From Candidatus Saccharimonadota bacterium (GTDB lineage: Bacteria > Patescibacteriota > Saccharimonadia > Saccharimonadales > Saccharimonadaceae), in NCBI GenBank assembly GCA_002421785.1, contig DIRZ01000001.1, forward strand, positions 60,001 through 92,000: 32,000 bases of DNA. The letters run 5' to 3'. Position 1 is the stretch's first letter, and each line of letters starts with the position of its first letter. Below the pieces are notes generated by a model. It was given only the letters and a program-made list of their open reading frames with translations. It searched no databases and was not told where the DNA came from. Positions 15,449-24,313 of this stretch are shown one piece after another. The position numbers were made by a program, and so were the translations under genes.

Positions 15449-17074
15449 ATGAAACAAATGAAGGCTTGCACCCCACCTAGCGCTGTCAAAGAAAATCTAT
15501 CTACGTACGATTTTTTTATACCGCTTCCAGAAGCTGTTCGGCTGCCTGAGGGACTACAGATCTTCGCTGAGGAAATTGACGATATAAGGAAAGGGGAAAG
15601 ACAAGTTTTGCGCTATGTCACGGCAGATGGGCTTAAGCGCCGCATAAACGTGCGGATAGAGTTTAGTCGAATCAAACATAACGTCCCGGTAGATGCATTG
15701 GCGGCAAGCTATTCTACATTGACTAAATTTTATGGCTTAAAGAAAGTCAAACTACCCCCCGAGGCTAACATCCAGGGTTACTTATCAATCGCACACGTAG
15801 GGGTGATAGGACCTCAAAATGCAACAGACGCCCAACTCTCAGATTATTTTGACGAGGGCATGTCGACCCTTAGGCAAGTGCTGAAGACATACTATGCAAA
15901 GCACCGTCTCCCACTGAATCTCCCGTCGCGACAAAATATCGGTGCGATGATTCCCTATACGGTCGAGAACATCGACAGCAAAGGGCTACCCGAGAACGGT
16001 CACTCAACACTTAGTTTAGGAATGCTCTTGACTGGGGGTCAATTCGACATTGCGACTACATTTGCAGAGCCATTATCCTCCAGTGAAGCAAGTACTATAA
16101 CCAAGGCTCAAATTCTTGATTCGGCTACTCTTTTGGAGCCATATATGGACGCGTATCGCGAGGCTACAGCCGCGGAATCCAACGGAGAATACCTCGCGGC
16201 GAGCGTTTTATTTACAGCAGCAATCGAGATATACCTTGACATAGTCTTGCAGCTAATGATGTGGGAAGAAGGAATGTCTCCGGAAGAAGCAAACTATCTA
16301 CTCAACGAAGTAAAGGTATGCGGTTGTGAGAACTGTACCGCGAAAATAAGCACCACCTTGGATCGAACAAGATCAGGCCTATATAAGAGTCGCCTAGGGG
16401 GGAGTTGGGACATCTATAAGGACCCCCTAATGAAGCGCTGGCAAGCAGCTCGGTATATTCGCAATGCAGCTGTACATAGCGGACAAGAGCCATCAGTCAG
16501 CGACACAAAAGACATTCATCGAACTCTTGACGAGATAGTGGCTTGGATTATAGATCTTCTGTGCACTAGCCTTTCGATTTACCCCGTAACAACCTTCGCG
16601 CTCGCTGGTCGCATAGGCCTAGAAAAGCGTGATCGCTGGGATGAGTATCAAGCCCTAGAAATCGGGGACGTGCCCGTCTCAATATCAAAGACTTTCGGCA
16701 ACTGGCGTAATGAGATAGCGCGGCTCCACCCATATTCATCCACTAGAAAAACAGTCGACGCAAGTTGTGACTTGGTCTATCTCCTGCATCCCAACGGAAA
16801 GCGCTATTGGCTTTTATGTGATTTTGCTAAGCAGTTATTCCGCTATACCAGCACCCCAAAATTAAACGAAGAAGCAAAGCTGGTAATCGCTAGTGTAGAA
16901 AGAAAATATACCAAAGGCCCACCGGGCAAAGGGATTACAATTCGTCTTGACAACCTAACGCGACCCGTTGATCACAGGAAGAAAGTTTGGCATCCGCTTT
17001 ACCTCATCTCCTCTGATTATGGCATTACTTGTCGCCCTACAAGCTTTACGATGCCAGAAGCGGGCGAGCAATAA
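15449..17074 (+). CDS. orphan 541-aa protein with a central HEPN-like R-x4-H motif (putative RNase toxin/defence protein)
   Basis: A long clean ORF in AT-shifted DNA. The central helical segment is EYLAASVLFTAAIEIYLDIVLQL ... WQAARYIRNAAVHSGQEPS ... IHRTLDEIVAWIIDLL. R-N-A-A-V-H (codons at 16460-16477) matches the HEPN R-[N/D/H]-x3-H signature. I recognise nothing in the N-terminal ~230 aa or the C-terminal ~170 aa. Confidence 0.75.
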   Translation: MKQMKACTPPSAVKENLSTYDFFIPLPEAVRLPEGLQIFAEEIDDIRKGERQVLRYVTADGLKRRINVRIEFSRIKHNVPVDALAASYSTLTKFYGLKKVKLPPEANIQGYLSIAHVGVIGPQNATDAQLSDYFDEGMSTLRQVLKTYYAKHRLPLNLPSRQNIGAMIPYTVENIDSKGLPENGHSTLSLGMLLTGGQFDIATTFAEPLSSSEASTITKAQILDSATLLEPYMDAYREATAAESNGEYLAASVLFTAAIEIYLDIVLQLMMWEEGMSPEEANYLLNEVKVCGCENCTAKISTTLDRTRSGLYKSRLGGSWDIYKDPLMKRWQAARYIRNAAVHSGQEPSVSDTKDIHRTLDEIVAWIIDLLCTSLSIYPVTTFALAGRIGLEKRDRWDEYQALEIGDVPVSISKTFGNWRNEIARLHPYSSTRKTVDASCDLVYLLHPNGKRYWLLCDFAKQLFRYTSTPKLNEEAKLVIASVERKYTKGPPGKGITIRLDNLTRPVDHRKKVWHPLYLISSDYGITCRPTSFTMPEAGEQ

Positions 17075-17336
17075 AATAGCAAGCAGACTACAGCACCGTA
17101 CCGCAAACACTGCTTACTGATATATTCTTCTGTTCTTGAGAGCCAAGCATCACGTCGTATCAAAAATCTGACTTCTCCAGCATATAAGTGATATTGCATG
17201 AACACGGTAAAAAATAATTCCCGTGTCTCACCCGGTTAGGAACCTCACCCCTTGCGCCACATCAAACTTGACAATTCATCGCAGTGGCCCGACCGCGCAT
17301 CAGCAATGGAATATGATAAGATATCCCTACACACCT

Positions 17337-18260
17337 ATGGCACGCATTTACGAACAAACCTACTTCGATGATGGAATAAAGCCCCTCGCACAGGCGAACC
17401 TGAGTATAGCCAGCTCGGCCGTGCTGTATGGCCTAAGCGTCTATACGGTATTCCCAGTACATACTACGAGCGATGGCAAGTTAGTCGCGTTTCGCCTGCA
17501 TGATCATTTTGAACGCCTCATCAATTCAGCCCGAATTGTCGGCATTGATACGTTCGAAGCCGACTGGGACGAAGCACGTTTTGTTAGCGTCGTTAAAGAA
17601 CTTGTAAAAGCAAATGATGTTCAGGACACTGCGTTTGTCAGGGCAACCGTCCACGTGAACGAACTGGTGCCAGGCACTCGGTCAAGGGGGCTCAAAACCT
17701 CACTCAGCATATTCATTTACGAAGCAGCCCCCATATTGCCGCAAGACGGCGCACGACTAAAAACCAGCGTGTGGCGCCGCATTCCAGACTATGCGATTCC
17801 ATCCCGCGCCAAAGTGAACGGCGCTTACGTGAACTCCGTACTTGCCAAACAAGACGCGCTTGATAGCGGGTACGATGACTGTACATTCCTCGATGCGGCC
17901 GGGCACGTGTGCGAACTAAGCGCGGCTAATATATTCATTGTCAGAAACAACACGTTAATCACACCGAATACCACCAGCGACCTGCTCGAAGGCATCAACC
18001 GCAAGACCGTGCTCGAACTCGCAAAAGATATGGGGATACCTGTCGTCGAGCGTGATATCGACCTTACTGAACTCTACATCGCCGACGAAGCATTCGCCTG
18101 CGGAACGTCAGCCTACCTGGCACCAATCTTCGAAATTGACGCCCGAAGAATCGGCAACAAGACCATCGGCCCCCTCACGGAGCGTCTGCGCAAACAATAC
18201 ACAGACGTGCTCCACGGCCACGACGAAGCCTACAAGCATCTCGTCACTGTACTCAACTAG
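17337..18260 (+). CDS. class IV aminotransferase (branched-chain / D-amino-acid aminotransferase-like)
   Basis: SRAKVNGAYVNSVLAKQDALDSGYDD is the fold-type IV catalytic Lys region, and LEGINRKTVLELA and AFACGTSA are also present. The start is trimmed to MARIYEQ (ATG 17337); ATG 17313 is an alternative. Confidence 0.75.
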   Translation: MARIYEQTYFDDGIKPLAQANLSIASSAVLYGLSVYTVFPVHTTSDGKLVAFRLHDHFERLINSARIVGIDTFEADWDEARFVSVVKELVKANDVQDTAFVRATVHVNELVPGTRSRGLKTSLSIFIYEAAPILPQDGARLKTSVWRRIPDYAIPSRAKVNGAYVNSVLAKQDALDSGYDDCTFLDAAGHVCELSAANIFIVRNNTLITPNTTSDLLEGINRKTVLELAKDMGIPVVERDIDLTELYIADEAFACGTSAYLAPIFEIDARRIGNKTIGPLTERLRKQYTDVLHGHDEAYKHLVTVLN

Positions 18261-18271
18261 CCCGCCCGTAT

Positions 18272-18300
18272 TTGACACACACCGCTTACGCCTTTATCAT
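18272..18300 (+). promoter_or_regulatory. promoter TTGACA-17 nt-TATCAT for the pilin gene
   Basis: TTGACA is at 18272-18277 and TATCAT at 18295-18300. The ATG lies 7 nt after the -10. Confidence 0.55.
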
Positions 18301-18307
18301 AAAACTA

Positions 18308-18859
18308 ATGACCAATTCTCGGGGGCGCAGACACTACACAGGCTTTACTATCGTGGAGCTCCTAATTGTGATTGTTGTGATTGCTATACTCGCCGCCATA
18401 ACCATCGCTGCCTATAACGGGGTTCAGGACCGCGCGAATGATTCTAGCGTGCAGGCAGACCTACGGACAATTAGCAAAAAGTTCGAACTGGCACGCGTCG
18501 ATGACGCGAACGCCTACTACCCAACGAACAACGCGACAATAGCTGCTGCTATACCCGGCGTCAAAGTTGCCAAGTCTTCGTACGCCACAACGCCCGACGT
18601 CGCTTACAACCTGTTGTTTTGTTGGCCAAGCACGGCCACGCCACGTGACTATGCGCTGCTTGCGACAAGCAAGTCAGGGAAGCGCTTTTACATTCGTACG
18701 ACGGGCGCGGTGACAGAGTATACCGGTGCCGTTAGCTGGGCGGACGCCAACATTTCGGCAATGTGCGGAAGTGTTATTGCTGGCTCCTCAGCATCGGGTG
18801 CCGGCTACTCGTCGGGTGACACCGCTACCGGGCCGTGGCGGTCCTGGACGGGCGCTTAA
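18308..18859 (+). CDS. type IV pilin / pseudopilin (prepilin N-terminal methylation motif)
   Basis: The N-terminus MTNSRGRRHYTG|FTIVELLIVIVVIAILAAITIAAY has a short basic leader, then G/FT.VEL, then a hydrophobic helix. Confidence 0.85.
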   Translation: MTNSRGRRHYTGFTIVELLIVIVVIAILAAITIAAYNGVQDRANDSSVQADLRTISKKFELARVDDANAYYPTNNATIAAAIPGVKVAKSSYATTPDVAYNLLFCWPSTATPRDYALLATSKSGKRFYIRTTGAVTEYTGAVSWADANISAMCGSVIAGSSASGAGYSSGDTATGPWRSWTGA

Positions 18860-18990
18860 CACCGCTCGGTTCACCACTTGTGCATATTGCATTTCACCCC
18901 TCATTGCCGCTATACTAGCCATAAGCGCAAATATACCAAATAGGGGGCTCCATAAAATCACGCCAACCAACTAGATTCTGGCACCGCCGG

Positions 18991-20955
18991 TTGAGCGAAG
19001 CGATTATGCTGATCGCTATTGTGTTAATAGGGCTCTATACGTGGGCGACCGTCAACCCTACAGAGGCGAATGCACAATTAGCTATTCCGACTGTTGCCGC
19101 CATTGCCGCCGGCCTGACATTTACCGTTACCCTTGCATTGTATTTTCTTACTCCCGTGAATCGTACTCGTGCAGCAGCGCTGACAAGCCATTCGTTGCTA
19201 CTCATGACACTGTGGATCGTTTTATTCCTGACACAGGGGGGCGAATCGAATTTCTTCGGCTTATTTATTGTCATAGTGACACTAACTGCATCTTTAGGGG
19301 CTTCGGGCATCGGTCTAGCTGTCCTAGCCCTTGCAAGCTTCCTGCTGTGGGAATTCTTGGGGAACGGCATCCCAATGGGCGACTTTATCGTACTGGCGGT
19401 CACTGGCGCGACGCCCCTGCTCGCGGCTATTGTGCTATGGGGGCGGGAAGACCCTGGCCTGGATGGGCAATCCCACGAAGAGCGCTCATACAACGAGCTG
19501 GCGAGCGAACTGAGCCAAGTAGCAGGTAAGTCGGAGGTTGTGATTAACGCCATTACCGATGGCGTGCTGGCGCTCGACAGCCAGGGCACAATTCAACTTA
19601 TCAATCCCGCCGCTCAAACACTCGTCGGGTGGAGCAAACACGACGCCGTCACGCTCAGCTACAAGTCGGTTCTCAAAATCATGAATGCCAAAAACGTCGA
19701 GGTGACGCCGGCCGAAGACCCTGTGGCCCAGGCGCTGACAACCAACCAGCCCGTCAAAACAGATAGCCTGAACATCCAAACGCAGTCGGGCAAAAACTTC
19801 ATGGCAGCAATCTCGGTGTCGCCCGTCGGTCAACTGGGCAAGGGTGTCATTGTCGTGTTCCGCGACATCACCACCGAGCGTTCCGACGAACGACAGCGCG
19901 CCGAGTTCATTAGCACCGCGAGCCACGAAATGCGCACACCCGTCGCAAGCATCGAAGGTTACCTGGGGCTCGCATTGAACCCCGCTACGGCCAGTATTGA
20001 CGCCAAGGCTCGTGACTTCATTACCAAAGCCCACGAATCCGCCCAGCACCTAGGCCGGCTGTTCCAGGACCTCCTGGACGTCAGCAGGGCAGACGATGGC
20101 CGCCTGGCGAACAACCCCACGGTTATTGACGTCGTTCCATTCATGCACGAAATCATCCTCGGCCTGACTCCCAAAGCAACCGCCAAGGGTCTAAGTATTT
20201 TGTACAAACCAATGCCCGACGGCGACAATGATGACCTTGCTCGGCGCATTAACCCCGTGTACTACGTGAACGTGGACGCCGATCATCTACGCGAGATTAG
20301 CGACAACCTGCTCGAAAATGCCATTAAATACACCCTCAAGGGCAATGTAGTCGTCGATATCGGCGGCGATGAAACACATGTCATCTTGAGCATCCAAGAC
20401 ACGGGCATAGGTATTCCGCGCGAGGACCAAGCCCACCTATTCCAAAAGTTTTACCGAGTCGACAACAGCGACACCCGCGAAATAGGGGGAACCGGGCTTG
20501 GGCTTTACCTGTGCCGTCGCCTTGCAGAAAGCATGGGTGGTCGCATATGGGTTGAAAGCGAATACAAAAAAGGCAGCACATTCTTCGTCGAGCTGCCACG
20601 TATTGATCACGACGAAGCAACCAGGCTAATCGAGCAGGCGAGTATCCTGGCCGAGCAACGAGCAGAAGCCGAAGCCGCCCAGGCCGCCCGTGACGCCCAA
20701 GCAACACAAGCAGCCCAAGTCGCCAGCATGAATACCTCAAATGCCTTTATGCCGCCTGTGGTACCCGAAGCGCCAGCCATCACCGAGCCCCTTCCACCCG
20801 CACCGCCACAGCCGGCGCCACAAGCACCTCAAGCCTACGTCGGAACGCCACAACCGGCACCAAATACACCCCTATCGACTATCGAAGCCAACCCCGGTCA
20901 ATACTTGTCACGTCCGACCAATATGGGCATAAATATTCCCCCGAGGCAACAATAA
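18991..20955 (+). CDS. sensor histidine kinase (multi-TM, PAS, HisKA, HATPase_c) with a Pro/Ala/Gln-rich C-terminal tail
   Basis: The H-box is STASHEMRTPVASIEGY, and the G-boxes are DTGIGIP / GTGLGLYLCRRLAESMGG. The start is uncertain: TTG 18991 or ATG 19006. Confidence 0.85.
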   Translation: MSEAIMLIAIVLIGLYTWATVNPTEANAQLAIPTVAAIAAGLTFTVTLALYFLTPVNRTRAAALTSHSLLLMTLWIVLFLTQGGESNFFGLFIVIVTLTASLGASGIGLAVLALASFLLWEFLGNGIPMGDFIVLAVTGATPLLAAIVLWGREDPGLDGQSHEERSYNELASELSQVAGKSEVVINAITDGVLALDSQGTIQLINPAAQTLVGWSKHDAVTLSYKSVLKIMNAKNVEVTPAEDPVAQALTTNQPVKTDSLNIQTQSGKNFMAAISVSPVGQLGKGVIVVFRDITTERSDERQRAEFISTASHEMRTPVASIEGYLGLALNPATASIDAKARDFITKAHESAQHLGRLFQDLLDVSRADDGRLANNPTVIDVVPFMHEIILGLTPKATAKGLSILYKPMPDGDNDDLARRINPVYYVNVDADHLREISDNLLENAIKYTLKGNVVVDIGGDETHVILSIQDTGIGIPREDQAHLFQKFYRVDNSDTREIGGTGLGLYLCRRLAESMGGRIWVESEYKKGSTFFVELPRIDHDEATRLIEQASILAEQRAEAEAAQAARDAQATQAAQVASMNTSNAFMPPVVPEAPAITEPLPPAPPQPAPQAPQAYVGTPQPAPNTPLSTIEANPGQYLSRPTNMGINIPPRQQ

Positions 20956-21007
20956 CCGCAAGAAGTATGGCAATTTTAAAACGCTTTAGCTACAATAGGG
21001 AGTAGTT

Positions 21008-22018
21008 ATGACAAAAATTCTACTGGTAGAGGACGACAAAAGCTTACGTGAAATTTATGGCGTCCGCTTGCTCGCAGAGGGCTACGACATCGTCTCAGCC
21101 GGCGACGGCGAGGAAGCGCTTGCAATGGCCATCAAGGATCGCCCTGACCTCATCGTCAGCGACGTGATGATGCCAAAAATTAGCGGGTTCGATATGCTCG
21201 ACATTCTTCGATCGACCACCGAAACGAAGAACATCAAAGTCATCATGATGACCGCTCTCAGCAGCGAAGATCAGCGCCAACGTGGCGTTGCCCTCGGCGC
21301 CGACCGCTATCTGGTGAAATCACAGGTTGGCATTGAGGACGTCGTACGAACCGTCCATGAAGTACTCGCAGATGCACCCGTTTCCACGCCCGCGCCGCTC
21401 CCCATGCCAACACCATCCGCTGCGCCTGTCGCGCCGCTCACCCCTATGTCTGCCGGCCCTGGCGCACGACCAAGCACACCCGCCCCAACACCCGTTTCCA
21501 CGCCCGCGCCCCAGCCACAACCTACGCCCATTGCCCCAGTAGCACCTACAGCCCCTACACCGGTTGCACCGACCCCAGCACCACTTCCAACGCCAGCCCC
21601 CGCGGCGCCCGTAGCGCCCGTTGCTCCAGCAAGTCCGCTGCCGCAGCCTACCGCACCTTTTTCGACACCGCGGCCGGGCACGCTTGCAGGGCGAGTAATT
21701 GAACCCCTCACTAATCAAGATTCCACCATACCCGACTTTGGCCACATGATGAATCAAGAATTATCACAGGCAAATCCTAATCCTTTTGCAGACAAGCCTG
21801 GTGTTGAACCTGGCTCAAACGATACAAATATTCCACCCGCTCCCGAAAGCGCCGTACCAGCCATGCCAACACCTCTCGCGGCCATCCCAACCGCACCTGC
21901 AGTGCCGAGTGGACTTAGTTTCGAGGAAACACCGCGACCACCTGTCGCTCCAGGCCCGGGTGCACTCACAACGCCACCCGTTCCTCAGCCACCACAAACG
22001 CCAAATCCTGGTGTATAG
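21008..22018 (+). CDS. response regulator: REC domain plus a ~215-aa Pro/Ala/Thr-rich low-complexity tail, no recognisable output domain
   Basis: ILLVEDD...LIVSDVMMP...VIMMTA...K is the receiver signature. PAPTP-type repeats follow, including a 22-nt direct DNA repeat at 21375-21396 and 21489-21510. Confidence 0.85.
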   Translation: MTKILLVEDDKSLREIYGVRLLAEGYDIVSAGDGEEALAMAIKDRPDLIVSDVMMPKISGFDMLDILRSTTETKNIKVIMMTALSSEDQRQRGVALGADRYLVKSQVGIEDVVRTVHEVLADAPVSTPAPLPMPTPSAAPVAPLTPMSAGPGARPSTPAPTPVSTPAPQPQPTPIAPVAPTAPTPVAPTPAPLPTPAPAAPVAPVAPASPLPQPTAPFSTPRPGTLAGRVIEPLTNQDSTIPDFGHMMNQELSQANPNPFADKPGVEPGSNDTNIPPAPESAVPAMPTPLAAIPTAPAVPSGLSFEETPRPPVAPGPGALTTPPVPQPPQTPNPGV

Positions 22019-22026
22019 TAACTAAC

Positions 22027-22722
22027 GTGACTGACGATACTTCAACCCGGCTCAACAAATACCTAGCCCTCCAGCTAGGTATTTCGCGTCGCGAAGCAGA
22101 TAATCTCATTAACACGGGCGTGGTTACTGTTAACGACAAGCCTGCCGTCATGGGGAGCAGGGCAGACCCCAGCGATATCATCGCCATTGCAGGTACGCCC
22201 CTTCCAGCCAAAACCGTCGCTTACCGGTATATTCTATTCAACAAACCCGTCGGGTATGTCTGCTCCCGCAAAAAACAGGGGGATAGCGACACCATTTATA
22301 CGCTTCTACCGCCCGAAATGCATTCGCTCAAACCCGTCGGACGACTCGATCGTAATACGTCGGGGATCCTGCTCCTTACCAACGATGGCGACTTCGCCCA
22401 ACGCATGACACACCCGAAGTACCAAAAGACCAAGGTGTACCACGTGCGCCTCGACCGCGACCTCGAGCCATTACACCAGCAAATGATAAGTGACTTCGGT
22501 GTCGATCTAGAAGACGGTCACAGCCAGCTCTTCCTGGAGCGACGCTCCGAAAGCAACCGCCGCGAATGGCAGGTGACGATGAGTGAGGGTCGCAACCGCC
22601 AAATTCGACGAACCTTCAGTGCACTCGGCTATAACATCCAGCGCCTCCACCGCATACAGTTCGGTCCATATTCACTGGGTGATATACCCCGCGGCTACTA
22701 TAAAGACGTCGATATATCATAG
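22027..22722 (+). CDS. pseudouridine synthase, RsuA/RluB family
   Basis: The S4 domain is LNKYLALQLGISRREADNLI, and the catalytic motif is GRLDRNTSGILLLTNDGDF. It has a GTG start, and TATAGT 22014-22019 lies 7 nt upstream. Confidence 0.85.
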   Translation: MTDDTSTRLNKYLALQLGISRREADNLINTGVVTVNDKPAVMGSRADPSDIIAIAGTPLPAKTVAYRYILFNKPVGYVCSRKKQGDSDTIYTLLPPEMHSLKPVGRLDRNTSGILLLTNDGDFAQRMTHPKYQKTKVYHVRLDRDLEPLHQQMISDFGVDLEDGHSQLFLERRSESNRREWQVTMSEGRNRQIRRTFSALGYNIQRLHRIQFGPYSLGDIPRGYYKDVDIS

Positions 22723-22867
22723 GTGAGATCTCATACGGACACCTCACTCGACTGCCGTAAGCGCTAGACTATTGTTAGCGTATACCACAATACTTTCTGC
22801 CTCACTAGTCAACTCAACACCGCTTATGCTCGTAATAGGGGTAAAAGTCTGGTATAATTAGCCCACT

Positions 22868-24289
22868 ATGGCAAGTAAACTACCTACTGTGGCGATTATC
22901 GGTCGCGCAAACGCGGGCAAAAGCTCGCTTTTTAATCGTATGGTCCGCGCTCAGCAGGCAATTGTTGCCCGTGAAGCTGGCACGACACGCGATAGCGTCA
23001 TCGGCAAAGTAGAGCACGCCTATCACCAGTTCTGGCTCGTTGACACGGCCGGCCTAAAGGATCCTAACGATGAATTTGAAGCGGGAATCCAGGAACAAAT
23101 TACCGAAGCAGCTGATGCCGCCGATGTTATCTTGGTTGTTGTTGACGCAACCGAATATCCTGGCGACGAAGATCGAATGGTCGCCAAGAAAGCGTTGAAA
23201 AGCAAAAAACCTGTTATCCTGGTCACCAACAAAGCCGACCTCAAAACCGCACTTCCTGACAAAGAATTCCTGCGCCTAGGCATCAAGACTATCATTCGCA
23301 CAAGCGCCGAACACAACAGCGGTATTGTCGATGTATTAAACAGTGTCGTTTCTATTATTCCCGTCGCACACGAAGAAGCTCCAGACAACGTGCTTCGCAT
23401 TGCACTCATCGGTCGCCCAAATGTCGGCAAAAGCTATCTTTTCAACACGCTTGCGGGCAAACAGCAGGCACTTGTCGCCGACGTTGCGGGGACCACTCGC
23501 GATCTTAACCGAGTCACCCTCAACTACCACCGGCAGGCCATCGAACTCATCGATACCGCCGGTATTCGGCGCCAGGGTAAGCAAGAGGTCGGTATCGAAA
23601 AATTTAGCGTACTTCGTACACTCCAGGCCATCGAAGAATCCGACATTTGCTTCCTTCTCATGGACGTCGGCGAGCTCAATACCCAGCTTGACCAGCGCCT
23701 GGCTGGCCTGATTGCAGAAGCGGGCAAGGGCCTGGCGCTCGTCGTCAGCAAATGGGATAGCGTGGAAGGTAAAGACGCCTTTACTCGTGATGCGCTCGCA
23801 CCAAAAATTGCTCGTAATTTTGACTTTGTTCCATGGGCACCACTCATCTTCACCAGTAGTGTTACCGGCCAGAATGTCACGAAACTATTTGACCTCGCTA
23901 TCGAAATCGATGCACGCCGCGAGCAACCAACCAAAACACGCGTGCTCAACGACCTACTGCAGCAAGCCGTGCAAAAGCATCCGCCAGCTGGCCTCAAGAA
24001 TACTCATCCAAAACTTCGCTACATGGTACAGACAGATACCACACCACCATGGTTTGTTATTTATGGCTCGAACCTCAAGTTCGTTCACTGGAGCTACAAA
24101 CGCTACCTCGAACGACTCCTTCGCGAAACCTACAATTACGCAGGCGTGCCTATTAAGTTTAGCTTCCGCGACGAAAAGCAGATTAAAGCCAACAAAGAGC
24201 GCGTCGCTCGTGGGCTAGCGCCTGTCACCAAGGCTTACAAAAAAGCCAAAGAAGCAGAGAAGCACGAACAAAGCCAAGCCCAACTATAA
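22868..24289 (+). CDS. der: ribosome-associated GTPase Der (EngA)
   Basis: There are two tandem G domains with P-loops GRANAGKSSLFN and GRPNVGKSYLFN, DTAG motifs and NKAD/SKWD motifs, followed by a KH-like C-terminus. Confidence 0.9.
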   Translation: MASKLPTVAIIGRANAGKSSLFNRMVRAQQAIVAREAGTTRDSVIGKVEHAYHQFWLVDTAGLKDPNDEFEAGIQEQITEAADAADVILVVVDATEYPGDEDRMVAKKALKSKKPVILVTNKADLKTALPDKEFLRLGIKTIIRTSAEHNSGIVDVLNSVVSIIPVAHEEAPDNVLRIALIGRPNVGKSYLFNTLAGKQQALVADVAGTTRDLNRVTLNYHRQAIELIDTAGIRRQGKQEVGIEKFSVLRTLQAIEESDICFLLMDVGELNTQLDQRLAGLIAEAGKGLALVVSKWDSVEGKDAFTRDALAPKIARNFDFVPWAPLIFTSSVTGQNVTKLFDLAIEIDARREQPTKTRVLNDLLQQAVQKHPPAGLKNTHPKLRYMVQTDTTPPWFVIYGSNLKFVHWSYKRYLERLLRETYNYAGVPIKFSFRDEKQIKANKERVARGLAPVTKAYKKAKEAEKHEQSQAQL

Positions 24290-24313
24290 CTCCCCTAGGA
24301 GTATACTGATACT

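Noticed and set aside
17017-17205. 62-aa minus-strand ORF overlapping the 3' end of the HEPN-like gene, considered as a possible antitoxin
   Set aside because: It has no promoter or SD that I can see. It overlaps the coding 3' end by ~58 nt. Its composition is unremarkable and its length is just at the track threshold. A cis-antisense RNA cannot be excluded, but a protein antitoxin is unsupported.
21095-22211. Many overlapping ORFs on both strands within the response-regulator gene (e.g. 21307..21711, 21320..21757, 21754..21969, 21966..22211), and apparent DNA repeats
   Set aside because: These are artefacts of the GC- and proline-codon-rich low-complexity tail of the 21008..22018 CDS. The repeats are coding (PAPTP-type), not a CRISPR array or a non-coding repeat array.
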